DNA from: a virus
DNA length: 64,000 nt
Direction: 5' to 3' (one strand)
IMG/VR virus record: IMGVR_UViG_3300010396_000007
Span: 1-64,000 of that record
Within the stretch, counting starts at the first letter, position 1, and each line of letters opens with the position of its first letter. Positions 18,752-27,997 of this stretch are shown one piece after another. The translations under genes were made by a program, and so were the position numbers. The notes beneath the pieces are model-generated. The model saw only the letters and a program-made list of their open reading frames with translations. It searched no databases and was not told the DNA's origin.

Positions 18752-19185
18752 TGACAAAACAGGAAAAAGCAAAGGACGCTAGGCTAAGACGGGAATTTCA
18801 CATTACCCTAGCTGAGTACTATAAAGTCCTTGACTATCAACAAGGTGTGTGTTATATTTGTAAGCATAAGTATAACAAAAAAGGCAAGCCTTTACAGCTT
18901 TCCGTAGACCACGATCACACAACAGGCGAAGTACGCGGACTCCTGTGTTGGCCTTGTAACAAAGCGATTGCGATTCTTCAGGACGATATTGAGCGTATGC
19001 ACAATGCATACCTTTACTTTAAGAACATTCCATTTGAAGTAGTCCTTGGGGAAAAGCGATACACAGCGCCGGGAAAGATAGGCGCTAAGAAGCGAATAAA
19101 ACAATTGGCCGCGTTCAATGCGGCGAGGGGAGTAGGTGCCAAGAAAGAAAAGGGACAGATACGCAGAAAAAGCCGCAAGGTTTAA
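18745..19185 (+). CDS. Endonuclease VII-family protein
   Basis: QQGVCYIC..VDHDH..VRGLLCWPCN. Confidence 0.88.
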   Translation: MVMTKQEKAKDARLRREFHITLAEYYKVLDYQQGVCYICKHKYNKKGKPLQLSVDHDHTTGEVRGLLCWPCNKAIAILQDDIERMHNAYLYFKNIPFEVVLGEKRYTAPGKIGAKKRIKQLAAFNAARGVGAKKEKGQIRRKSRKV

Positions 19186-19561
19186 AAGAGCTTTTGATGA
19201 AATTATTGGGGACCCATATGCTAAACCGGACCCAATAGAGGGTCATTATTCAATGCTTAAAAGTAGAAGCTCATTAGCAATAGCCGAGCCGGAACGCAAG
19301 GCAAAGACTCCGGTAAATGAAGCACGGCCTAGCGCTATTGACTTCTTTATTGACGTAGAAGCAGCAGTCTTAGACGGTCTAGAAGTATGGTGGTTTGGAT
19401 CAAAAGATGCCAAGCGCATCTTCTGCAACACTTACTTTTATGAAACCGGCGAAATACTAACTCAAAAGGAACGGGCAGAAGTAGAGCAGGCAATCGGGCA
19501 GATTCTAGTTTACCGAGGAATTAGTCCTGCTGCAAAGTACTTTACCGCAATCCGACAATAG
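19136..19561 (+). CDS. Hypothetical protein
   Basis: GGAG SD with GTG start. Confidence 0.6.
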   Translation: MPRKKRDRYAEKAARFKRAFDEIIGDPYAKPDPIEGHYSMLKSRSSLAIAEPERKAKTPVNEARPSAIDFFIDVEAAVLDGLEVWWFGSKDAKRIFCNTYFYETGEILTQKERAEVEQAIGQILVYRGISPAAKYFTAIRQ

Positions 19562-19572
19562 AAAGGCAGTAA

Positions 19573-19875
19573 ATGAAAGAAGCATACAAATTGGTCAGAG
19601 TGAGAAAAAATTACACACTAGGGCCATTGTTTATTGACAAAAAACGTATACTTCCAGTGGGCAAATGGTTGAAAGCTGATGCTGTTCTGACAAAAGGTTT
19701 TGCATTTAGACCGGGATGGCATTGCTGCGAAAAACCAGAAGCTCCTCATTTATCTAAAAAGGGACGAATTTGGTGTAAAGTTCTCATCAAAGGTGTAGAG
19801 AAGCATCAAAGACCAGAATCCCAAGGTGGGCTCTGGTATACGGCCCAACAAATGAAAATAACCGAATTACTTTAG
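19573..19875 (+). CDS. Phage hypothetical protein
   Basis: AYKL..PLFI..GFAFRPGWHC. Confidence 0.65.
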   Translation: MKEAYKLVRVRKNYTLGPLFIDKKRILPVGKWLKADAVLTKGFAFRPGWHCCEKPEAPHLSKKGRIWCKVLIKGVEKHQRPESQGGLWYTAQQMKITELL

Positions 19876-19884
19876 AAAGGTAAT

Positions 19885-20049
19885 ATGGAAAACGATTACG
19901 ATTTAGCAGTAGAGGAACTTAAGGATGCATCGAACCCAGTGGAAAAGCAGATGCTACTGCAAAAATACGGGATGATTGAACCGAAGCTTACACAAGAAGA
20001 ACAGTTCATTATTGCAGATGAACTTACTTCAAAGTGGGAGGACCAATGA
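19885..20049 (+). CDS. Small hypothetical protein
   Basis: AAGG SD; ATGA coupling to next gene. Confidence 0.5.
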   Translation: MENDYDLAVEELKDASNPVEKQMLLQKYGMIEPKLTQEEQFIIADELTSKWEDQ

Positions 20050-20489
20050 GTGAATTCTACGATGTAGTAGACTCTGAAGGCAACGTTGTAGAAACCGCTG
20101 CCGAGCAACAGGTAGAAGTTCCTCTTGAACGTGAGCAGAAGGCTCCAACTGAAGGTGAGTTGAAGCTACTCCGTAAACAGTACGTAACTGTACAACATCC
20201 ACGGGTAGTTGCTTGTCAGCATGAGTTGAATCTTAGTAAACAGCCTACACACCGTAATTGTGAAAGTTGTTGGTTCGCTTGGTTCAATAATCATGGAGAA
20301 CTTGTGCAGCAATTGGATGAAATGCACACGGGCGGGAATGATGCGATTATCATTCAGTTACAGGGTAAGAAGTTCTTCAAGCGCTGGACTCAATTTATGA
20401 GCACCATCGCACAATGGGAAAAGCAACAGGCATCGCAAGCCTTAGCCGACCAAGAAGCATTACAGGAGATAAATGAGCAAGCTAGCTAG
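20046..20489 (+). CDS. Hypothetical protein
   Basis: GGAGG SD. Confidence 0.65.
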   Translation: MSEFYDVVDSEGNVVETAAEQQVEVPLEREQKAPTEGELKLLRKQYVTVQHPRVVACQHELNLSKQPTHRNCESCWFAWFNNHGELVQQLDEMHTGGNDAIIIQLQGKKFFKRWTQFMSTIAQWEKQQASQALADQEALQEINEQAS

Positions 20490-21600
20490 CCTAGCCGCAG
20501 CATTGAATGAACCGGGGGCAGTAGACCCGGTTCAACCTGCGTCTAAGAAAGAGAAAAAAGAACCTGAGAAAGAATTAACGAAGAAAGATAAGTTTGAAAT
20601 CCTATCTGATCTTAACAAGACACTTAATAAGCAGTTCGATTGCAAAGTATCACTAGTCCGCATGGGGGACAAGGTAGGTGTTCGCGTACCCAGTATCAGT
20701 ACGAACCTACCATCTCTAGATGAGGAGGTAATTCAATCGGGCGGTATTCCTAGGGGCCGAATTGTAGAAATCTTTGGGCCGGAATCAGCAGGTAAAACTA
20801 CCATTGCTTTACATATTATTGCCTGTGAACAAGAAACTACTAGTAACATCTGTGCGTTTGTAGACGCCGAGCATTCGTTAGACCCTACATATGCTTCAAC
20901 TCTTGGGGTAAATGTAGATGATCTATGGATTTCACAGCCGGATAGCGGAGAGCAAGCACTGACCATTGTGGAGCAGCTTATTGACTCCGGGGCGGTAAGT
21001 TTGATTGTCATTGACTCCGTAGCTGCGCTTGTACCTCAAGCCGAGCTTGACGGTGAGATGGGCGATTCTAATATAGGCCTTGCTGCCCGATTGATGAGTC
21101 AGGCCATGCGTAAGTTACGCGGAAAGGCTAGCATGAAAGGCGTTACTCTAATCTTTATCAATCAGATTCGTGAGAAGATTGGTGTAATGTTTGGCTCTCC
21201 CGAGACTACTACAGGTGGAAGGGCATTGAAGTTCTTCGCATCTCTGAGACTTGATGTGCGCCGTAAGGACCCAATTGGTCCCAAGGAAAGTCCCATCGGG
21301 CACACATTGAAGGTCAAAGCAGTGAAGAATAAAATGGGCAGTCCAATGCGCGAGACGTTTATCAACTTACTGTATGGGAAGGGTTTAGATACTTTCGCGG
21401 ATACTATTGCTTACGCAGTTAAGATTGGAGTAATCGACAAAGACGGAGCGTGGTATTCCTACAAGGGTGAGCGAATCGGTTATGGTCTGGAAACAGCAAC
21501 TGAGAACCTTCGGAACAATCCCGAATGGTTTAGTAAAATTCTCTTGACAATTCAAGAACATCGTGATACTGTTGTACATGAAAGCGAGAAATCAAAGTAA
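20473..21600 (+). CDS. recA: RecA recombinase
   Basis: GGIPRGRIVEIFGPESAGKTT, DSVAAL, ARLMSQAMRK, GGRALKF. Confidence 0.96.
   Translation: MSKLASLAAALNEPGAVDPVQPASKKEKKEPEKELTKKDKFEILSDLNKTLNKQFDCKVSLVRMGDKVGVRVPSISTNLPSLDEEVIQSGGIPRGRIVEIFGPESAGKTTIALHIIACEQETTSNICAFVDAEHSLDPTYASTLGVNVDDLWISQPDSGEQALTIVEQLIDSGAVSLIVIDSVAALVPQAELDGEMGDSNIGLAARLMSQAMRKLRGKASMKGVTLIFINQIREKIGVMFGSPETTTGGRALKFFASLRLDVRRKDPIGPKESPIGHTLKVKAVKNKMGSPMRETFINLLYGKGLDTFADTIAYAVKIGVIDKDGAWYSYKGERIGYGLETATENLRNNPEWFSKILLTIQEHRDTVVHESEKSK
21544..21572 (+). promoter_or_regulatory. Probable sigma70-type promoter in recA 3' end
   Basis: TTGACA-17-(TG)-TACTGT. Confidence 0.45.
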
Positions 21601-21857
21601 TGGAAATCAATATTAATGCAGTACTGCCACCAAGACTTATCAAAGTTTCGGAGATGCCTGTCGGCTCTATCGGAAAAGTCGTAGGCGCTAGTATGAGTGA
21701 TTTATATGTTATTCATACCAATGAAAATGGGGACAAATATATTTGCCTTTGGCCCAATTCTAATCCTCCGGGACTAGAAGTACGGTCTGAAAAAATCGTG
21801 GAAAGCTTTGAAGTAGAGTTACTTCCAGAAGGCACTACCATTGAGTTGAAGTTCTAG
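21600..21857 (+). CDS. Hypothetical protein
   Basis: Coupled ORF. Confidence 0.6.
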   Translation: MEININAVLPPRLIKVSEMPVGSIGKVVGASMSDLYVIHTNENGDKYICLWPNSNPPGLEVRSEKIVESFEVELLPEGTTIELKF

Positions 21858-21869
21858 AAAGGGAACAAA

Positions 21870-22121
21870 GTGAGCCGCAAGAAAAAGAGCAGTAAGGTAG
21901 CAGTAAAGAGAGTCTTCGAATATAAATCAGAGTGTTGCAACGAACTTGCCAAGAAGCCTCCGGTTGAGCGTTCCAGTGCTGACCGGAAGGAGAATAAATA
22001 CTCTGAGTGCGGTCTAGGGCACTGGCATTGTTCCAAATGCGGTAACAATTGCAAGGTGAAACGTAGCCGGGTTAAAAAGGAAACGAGTGGACAACCAGCA
22101 GAAGGAACCGGAGTTAACTGA
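21870..22121 (+). CDS. Basic Zn-ribbon-like protein
   Basis: SECC...WHCSKCG. Confidence 0.6.
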   Translation: MSRKKKSSKVAVKRVFEYKSECCNELAKKPPVERSSADRKENKYSECGLGHWHCSKCGNNCKVKRSRVKKETSGQPAEGTGVN

Positions 22122-22386
22122 TATCGGCACACGTTACGAGCATCTTCAAGAACATCTTGATGCTTTAGAAGCGTGTGTCGAAGCTTTAAAATCAAGAGCG
22201 CATGGCCCAGAAACCAGACAGCGCTTGATGAAACTAACCATAGCTGCTGAAGTTATGCGCGCTACAATAGATTCGTATGCGGGTGTAAACGCTAATGCGA
22301 ATGAATACGCACTGTACAGACTGTTGAATAGTATTCCCGAGCACCCGGAAAATATCGAAGGGGGAAGGGGAACACCCTTAATATGA
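22087..22386 (+). CDS. Hypothetical protein
   Basis: ORF track. Confidence 0.55.
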   Translation: MDNQQKEPELTDIGTRYEHLQEHLDALEACVEALKSRAHGPETRQRLMKLTIAAEVMRATIDSYAGVNANANEYALYRLLNSIPEHPENIEGGRGTPLI

Positions 22387-22565
22387 AGAAAGTGTATTTA
22401 GGAAGCATCAAAATCGAGAATGTTGATGGTGAGTACATTCGATTAACCGTTGACACCGAGCCTTTTTTAGATAACAGGCTTGAGCAAATGGAAGCCGAGG
22501 GGGAAACCTTAGAGGCGGCATTAATAAGCCTGCACGAGCAGGTAGAGGCAGTATTGCACGATTAG
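22383..22565 (+). CDS. Small hypothetical protein
   Basis: ORF track. Confidence 0.5.
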   Translation: MKKVYLGSIKIENVDGEYIRLTVDTEPFLDNRLEQMEAEGETLEAALISLHEQVEAVLHD

Positions 22566-22572
22566 GAGATTT

Positions 22573-22914
22573 ATGGATTTTAATGAATATCAGCGGCAAG
22601 CCAACGAGCTTGCAACTTATCCCCAAGTCGGAACTAATCTAGCATACCCGGCTCTGGGACTTGCCGGTGAAGCTGGTGAAGCAGCCGATAAGATTAAGAA
22701 GACATGGCGCAATCAAGGTTTAATGAGCGCCAACGGATATAGCGCAACTCAGAAACTCGAACTTGCTAAAGAAGTAGGAGATGTGTTATGGTACATAGCA
22801 GCAATCGCAATGGAACTTGGGATTCCTATGGAGGAAATCGCTCAAATGAATTTGGACAAACTCCATGACCGCAGGAACCGAGGCGTTATCAAATCTGAGG
22901 GAGATAACCGTTGA
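22573..22914 (+). CDS. mazG: MazG-like NTP pyrophosphohydrolase
   Basis: LGLAGEAGE..KEVGDVLWY..N..KL. Confidence 0.9.
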   Translation: MDFNEYQRQANELATYPQVGTNLAYPALGLAGEAGEAADKIKKTWRNQGLMSANGYSATQKLELAKEVGDVLWYIAAIAMELGIPMEEIAQMNLDKLHDRRNRGVIKSEGDNR

Positions 22915-23384
22915 AATTTAAAACACTTATCGCAGTCGCATTGTTAGCACTTTCATGTGCTGTTGGCAATGCCCAAATTAAATCAAAACCGGCAGTTAAG
23001 CTAAAGAGTTTTGCTGCACCAATTGGCGCAACGTATAGCTCAATTGTCGTTGCATGGCAGTTCACACCAAATGCACCACCTTGTTCATCTAGCGGAGTAT
23101 TGACGAACTGTATTGACGGTTTCAACACAACTATCGTTGTAGGTGGAACTACCGTTTACAGCGCTACCGCTGGTTACGGAACAGGCCAACTTAATCCTTC
23201 TGCTCTGGGATATACCTTTACACCAGCGGCAGGAGTCTCATTTGGAAACTACACTATCACTGTTACGACAGTAGGATATGATGGAGTCGGTAATCAAATC
23301 TTCTCTACTCCTGCTACGACAACACTAGCTGTAAATCTTACATCTCTTAACCCGCCAACTAACGTAACGGCAACAGGAAAGTAA
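22911..23384 (+). CDS. Exported beta-sandwich (FN3-like) protein
   Basis: Signal peptide; Thr-rich beta strands. Confidence 0.6.
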   Translation: MKFKTLIAVALLALSCAVGNAQIKSKPAVKLKSFAAPIGATYSSIVVAWQFTPNAPPCSSSGVLTNCIDGFNTTIVVGGTTVYSATAGYGTGQLNPSALGYTFTPAAGVSFGNYTITVTTVGYDGVGNQIFSTPATTTLAVNLTSLNPPTNVTATGK

Positions 23385-23684
23385 ATGAAAAAGTGGTTAC
23401 TTTGTAGCCTAATTATTTTAACCGGATGCGGGGGTTTGTCGAAGACACTTCCCCCGCCTTCAACTATAACAATTAACTGGCAAGATGGGAACCCAACCAT
23501 TCCTGCATGTGGCAGCTTTAACTGTAAATCAGGTTGGCAAATTTTAGACAACGGAAAACTTGAATCTCTCCCCCTTTCAACTACATCTTATATAGGAGTG
23601 GCATCTCATACGTATCAAATACGGGCTACCGGCTTAGATGGAAAAGGTAACCCGCTTTACTCTTCGTATGTAGCTGTCCCATGA
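23385..23684 (+). CDS. Lipoprotein
   Basis: LTGC lipobox. Confidence 0.7.
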   Translation: MKKWLLCSLIILTGCGGLSKTLPPPSTITINWQDGNPTIPACGSFNCKSGWQILDNGKLESLPLSTTSYIGVASHTYQIRATGLDGKGNPLYSSYVAVP

Positions 23685-23691
23685 GGAGAAC

Positions 23692-24138
23692 ATGGATATT
23701 CTAAAAGCGTTACTAAGTTTTTCTTTAGGATTGTCATTACTGTTGATGACATTCCTATTCCCGCTATTCAAGATTTGTTTCATTATATTCATGCTTGCGT
23801 ATTTGCTACATAAAACATATAAATACCGCAACTGGACTTTTGCGGTCCCTAGTGTGGGAGGAGTATTAAATCTGACCGCAATTCTTTCGAATGGTGGCAA
23901 AATGCCGGTGCTAGTCCCTCCGGGATTTCAACTTACTGGGATTGACCCTTGTCATTCTCTTCTAACTGCCGGGACACATGTTAAGATGCTCTGCGACATT
24001 TTCCCGCTCATGCATCTAGGTTTGTTTAGTGTAGGCGACGTGACAATCGCTGTAATTTGGCCCTTGACAGTCATAGGGTATGTATGCTACAGTAAATACA
24101 CTAAGAGAAAGGCAGCAAATGTCAGTTCACATTCTTAA
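23692..24138 (+). CDS. DUF5317-like membrane protein
   Basis: N...I..NGGKMPV, LCDI, FSVGD. Confidence 0.65.
   Translation: MDILKALLSFSLGLSLLLMTFLFPLFKICFIIFMLAYLLHKTYKYRNWTFAVPSVGGVLNLTAILSNGGKMPVLVPPGFQLTGIDPCHSLLTAGTHVKMLCDIFPLMHLGLFSVGDVTIAVIWPLTVIGYVCYSKYTKRKAANVSSHS
24064..24093 (+). promoter_or_regulatory. Probable promoter of the NAD operon
   Basis: TTGACA-18-(TG)-TACAGT. Confidence 0.5.
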
Positions 24139-24940
24139 CGGTTACACCGTCATTCCTTACAAGAGCTTCAAGTTCTCCGGGGGCGAGATTCAAGTAAAGC
24201 TCGCTCCAGCAAATATGGAATACAGCGCAGACAAACCAGTTGTGTTCCATGCTACCATTACTAGCGCTGATGACCTTATGGAATTGGCCCTTGTGGTAGA
24301 CGCGGTGAAGCGATTCTTCAATCAGCCAATCAAGACACAGTTGTACCTTCCCTACATGCCATATGCGCGTCAAGACCGTGTATGCGCTAAAGGTGAAGCA
24401 CTATCTCTTCGTGTGGCCGCAACTTTCATTAACTCCCTTGAATTTGACAAGGTTACGGTAGTGGACCCTCACAGTGATGTGACACCGGCTTTACTTAACA
24501 ACTGCTCTGTCACTGACATAGTTGAGATTTTTGCCACTCGTATGCATCACTTTGCTCCAATTGGGAACACTGTGTTGGTATCCCCGGATGCAGGAGCAAT
24601 TAAGAAGGTCCTGAAGCTTGCACAATTTCTCAAATTGAGAATGATTCAAGCAGAGAAGATTCGCAATCCTATGGATGGTGAAATTACCGGCACGAAGGTT
24701 CACACAGACCACCTTGGATTAAAACCAGTTCTAGTAGTGGATGATATCTGCGATGGTGGGCGTACCTTTACCGAGCTTGCTAAAGAGCTTTCCCATAAGA
24801 CGGATGGAAAGTTGAATCTTTACGTCACCCATGGCATCTTTAGTAAAGGACTAGAACCGTTGCTGGAATGGTACGACAAAATCTATTGTCCATATGTGTT
24901 CCCCGGCGTTGAACAGAACGAGAAGTTGGTGAGAATATGA
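24119..24940 (+). CDS. prs: Ribose-phosphate pyrophosphokinase homologue (probable Adps of NARP1)
   Basis: FSGGE, PYARQDR, DPHS, SPDAGA, VDDICDGGRTF. Confidence 0.9.
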   Translation: MSVHILNGYTVIPYKSFKFSGGEIQVKLAPANMEYSADKPVVFHATITSADDLMELALVVDAVKRFFNQPIKTQLYLPYMPYARQDRVCAKGEALSLRVAATFINSLEFDKVTVVDPHSDVTPALLNNCSVTDIVEIFATRMHHFAPIGNTVLVSPDAGAIKKVLKLAQFLKLRMIQAEKIRNPMDGEITGTKVHTDHLGLKPVLVVDDICDGGRTFTELAKELSHKTDGKLNLYVTHGIFSKGLEPLLEWYDKIYCPYVFPGVEQNEKLVRI

Positions 24941-25254
24941 GAGAAATGAAAACATTGCAACAGCCATCAAGTAAACGATTTATCTATACCCTCATGGGAT
25001 TTATAGTTTCTTGGTGTATCTTTGCTGGCGTTATCGGTTGTGAAGTGAGTGCTGTAGCTACAGTGAAAACGAATAATCCAAATATGAAAGTGGACTTCCT
25101 TTTCGAACATGAGGGCTGCCGCGTCTATAGATTTTCAGATAACGGCAACGATCACTACTACGCCAAGTGTGCAAATGGATCATTTACGTCTAGTGAAATA
25201 CCGCAAGGTAAGACAACTAGACCAGAAGAAATTCCGACAGGAGAAACAAATTGA
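24937..25254 (+). CDS. DUF4884-like membrane/lipoprotein
   Basis: LFEHEGCRVYRF.D.G..HYY. Confidence 0.6.
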   Translation: MREMKTLQQPSSKRFIYTLMGFIVSWCIFAGVIGCEVSAVATVKTNNPNMKVDFLFEHEGCRVYRFSDNGNDHYYAKCANGSFTSSEIPQGKTTRPEEIPTGETN

Positions 25255-26723
25255 ATATCTTTCCATTACACGCAACAGATTTCTACAAGACTGGACACTA
25301 TGCCCAGTACCCTGCTGGCAGTGAGTTTGTCTATGAGAACTTCACTTGTCGGTCATCCAAGTTCTTCGAACACGCTATCGGCTATGACAGCACAGTAGTG
25401 TTCTTTGGACTCCAATATGTCCTGAAGAACCTTCTTGTGGATATTTGGAACAAGAATTTCTTTGAAAAGCCTATTGAGGAAGTCGTTGCGAAGTATGAGC
25501 GCCGTATGACGGGAGCGCTTGGACCGGGACTGGTGACCATGGAACATATCCGTGAGTTGCACGCTCTAGGATACCTACCTATCCGCATCAAGGCTCTCCC
25601 TGAAGGTTCGCACGTCGATATCAGGGTGCCTCTCTTTACCATTGAGAACACCGTAGCAGGATTCGGATGGGTTGTGGGATACCTTGAAACGGCCATCTCA
25701 GCCGAGCTTTGGCAGACTATTACATCGGCCACTTCAGCCTATGAGTATCGCAGGATGCTGGACATGTATGCAGATGCTACGGGGGCCGATAAGAGCTTCG
25801 TGCCGTGGCAGGGACATGACTTCTCAGCGCGCGGTATGGTTGGAGTCATAGGTGGAGCAGCAAGCGGTATGGGTCATCTGACCAGTTTTACAGGCACAGA
25901 TACAGTCCTTGCATTGGACTTCCTTGAGGAATACTATCGTGGAGGAGAAACATTCCTTGGAGGGTCTGTGCCTGCTACGGAGCATTCCGTGATGTGCATG
26001 GGCACCGAAGACGAAGAGATTTACACATTCAGTCGCTTGATTACTGAGGTTTATCCAAGCGGAGTTGTCAGTATCGTATCTGATACGTGGGACTTCTGGA
26101 CAGTTATTACCAGCTTCACACGTCAATTGAAATCGGAAATCCTTGACCGTAAAGGTAAAGTAGTGTTCCGCCCCGACTCTGGGGACCCTGTGAAGATTAT
26201 TTGTGGGGACCCGGAAGCTGAGAAAGGCTCTCCTGCTTTCAAAGGAGCGGTTGAATGTCTCTGGGAAATCTTTGGTGGGACTATCACTAGCAAGGGTTAT
26301 AAGGTCCTTGACTCGCATGTTGGCCTTATCTACGGGGACAGCATCTCGCTTACTCGTGCTGATGCGATTCTTAGTGGATTGCAGGAGAAGGGCTTTGCCT
26401 CGTCTAACATCGTGTTTGGGATTGGCAGCTACACATATCAGCATGTGACCCGCGATACTCTTGGTACTGCTATCAAGGCGACTTGGGGGCAGGTAAACGG
26501 GAAGGGACGTGAGCTTTTCAAGAAGCCGAAGACTGACAACGGTATGAAGAATTCCGCTTGTGGTCTTCTGAGAATTGAGCGCGAGCATGGGCAGTTTGTA
26601 CTCTATGACCGTCAAACGCGCGAGCAGGAACAAAAAGGACTCTTGACAACTGTGTTCGAAGATGGTAAGATAGTTAAAGAATACAGCATCGTAGAGATTC
26701 GTGACACGGTTTTGAAAGGATAG
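25251..26723 (+). CDS. nadV: Nicotinamide phosphoribosyltransferase homologue (probable Namat of NARP1)
   Basis: TDFYKTGH, HDFSARG, PATEHSVM, SIVSDTWD, RPDSGDP, IYGDSI. Confidence 0.92.
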   Translation: MNIFPLHATDFYKTGHYAQYPAGSEFVYENFTCRSSKFFEHAIGYDSTVVFFGLQYVLKNLLVDIWNKNFFEKPIEEVVAKYERRMTGALGPGLVTMEHIRELHALGYLPIRIKALPEGSHVDIRVPLFTIENTVAGFGWVVGYLETAISAELWQTITSATSAYEYRRMLDMYADATGADKSFVPWQGHDFSARGMVGVIGGAASGMGHLTSFTGTDTVLALDFLEEYYRGGETFLGGSVPATEHSVMCMGTEDEEIYTFSRLITEVYPSGVVSIVSDTWDFWTVITSFTRQLKSEILDRKGKVVFRPDSGDPVKIICGDPEAEKGSPAFKGAVECLWEIFGGTITSKGYKVLDSHVGLIYGDSISLTRADAILSGLQEKGFASSNIVFGIGSYTYQHVTRDTLGTAIKATWGQVNGKGRELFKKPKTDNGMKNSACGLLRIEREHGQFVLYDRQTREQEQKGLLTTVFEDGKIVKEYSIVEIRDTVLKG

Positions 26724-26799
26724 GGCGCGTAACTCAGCGGACTAGAGTCACGAGCTTCTACCTCGTTGGCCGCAGGTTCGAATCCTGCCGTGCCCTCCA
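26723..26799 (+). tRNA. tRNA-Arg(TCT)
   Basis: Cloverleaf; loop CTTCTAC; A20; TTCGAAT T-loop; encoded CCA. Confidence 0.92.
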
Positions 26800-26816
26800 A
26801 TTTTGAAAGGAAACAA

Positions 26817-27953
26817 ATGGGAATCCAAACTGACAACGTAACATTCTTTCGCAATGATGATAACTTCATGCTAGGGAATGACAAGCCATCTAAACGCTAT
26901 CCAACCCTTCCTGCTGCGACGTATGTATTACGTTTCTCCCCGGAAGTTGGATTTTACCTTGAATTAACTGATGACTTCGATTTGCCTAAGAAACTTTATG
27001 GTAATCTCGAAAAGAAAGCTGACCGCATTCTTAATACCTTCAGTACACGTCCGGGGACAACCGGAGTACTCTTGTGCGGAGAGAAGGGAAGTGGTAAAAC
27101 TCTTCTGACGAAGCTGATTGCAACTAAGGCGCGCGATACTGGAATGCCGACCATTCTGGTTAACTTCGCAGCACAGGGAGATTCATTTAATACCTTCCTT
27201 GCGAAGATTGACCAACCCGCTGTTGTACTCTTTGATGAGTTTGAGAAGACGTATGATGAAAACGAGCAGCAGGGATTGCTGACGCTGTTGGATGGTGTGT
27301 TTTCGAGTAAGAAGCTTTGCCTGCTTACTTCTAACGAATTCAAGCAGATTAATAGCCACATGAAGAATCGTCCGGGACGTGTGTTCTATTACCTCAACTT
27401 TGAGGGATTGGATAGCCAGTTCGTTAAGGAATATGGAGCGGACAACCTCAAGAACCCAAATCATCTTGCAAGTCTTCAAGTGCTTGGTAATCTGGTAAAG
27501 CCGTTGAACTTCGACATGCTTCAGGCTGTTGTCGAAGAAGCTAACCGCTACAATGAGCCGCCAATGGAAACTTTGGACATGTTGAACGTCCGGGTATCTG
27601 GGTATGCTGACACCTTCTTGTATGAGCTTATCATTCCGGGTCGCAAGTTGACGAAGGGTAATGAAAAGGAAGTTCGTTGTAACCCAATCAACGGTTGTCG
27701 TCTGGCGTATTATTATTCTAAGCCAGCCAAAGAAGGTTCGAAAAAGAAGCCTACCATTGAGTATGACGAGGCGCAATTTGAATCGAAAGACTTGGTGGCT
27801 TTGAATGCGGACCTTGGTTCCTATGAGTATAAAAACGAAAAGGGTGAAATCCTGAAGCTCACACTGAAGCCAATCTCTGCATACAGTAGTGGTATGGATA
27901 AGGTAAAAGAACTTGTGGGGGACAGTGTTAAGGACCCCAATGACGACCTTTAA
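26817..27953 (+). CDS. AAA+ ATPase
   Basis: GEKGSGKT, FDEFEK, NRPGR. Confidence 0.88.
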   Translation: MGIQTDNVTFFRNDDNFMLGNDKPSKRYPTLPAATYVLRFSPEVGFYLELTDDFDLPKKLYGNLEKKADRILNTFSTRPGTTGVLLCGEKGSGKTLLTKLIATKARDTGMPTILVNFAAQGDSFNTFLAKIDQPAVVLFDEFEKTYDENEQQGLLTLLDGVFSSKKLCLLTSNEFKQINSHMKNRPGRVFYYLNFEGLDSQFVKEYGADNLKNPNHLASLQVLGNLVKPLNFDMLQAVVEEANRYNEPPMETLDMLNVRVSGYADTFLYELIIPGRKLTKGNEKEVRCNPINGCRLAYYYSKPAKEGSKKKPTIEYDEAQFESKDLVALNADLGSYEYKNEKGEILKLTLKPISAYSSGMDKVKELVGDSVKDPNDDL

Positions 27954-27961
27954 ATAGGCAC

Positions 27962-27997
27962 AAAAAGAAGGCCCCCTTTTCGGGGGCTTTTCCTTTT
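27962..27997. terminator. Bidirectional intrinsic terminator at the junction of the two arms
   Basis: GCCCCC/GGGGGC stem flanked by A- and T-tracts. Confidence 0.85.

Noticed and set aside
25824-26633. 269-aa antisense ORF and many other shadow ORFs
   Set aside because: They lie opposite clear genes, with no motifs or SD
26766-26816. ORF-track N-terminal extension of the AAA ATPase
   Set aside because: Overlaps tRNA-Arg; ATG 26817 has an AAGGA SD
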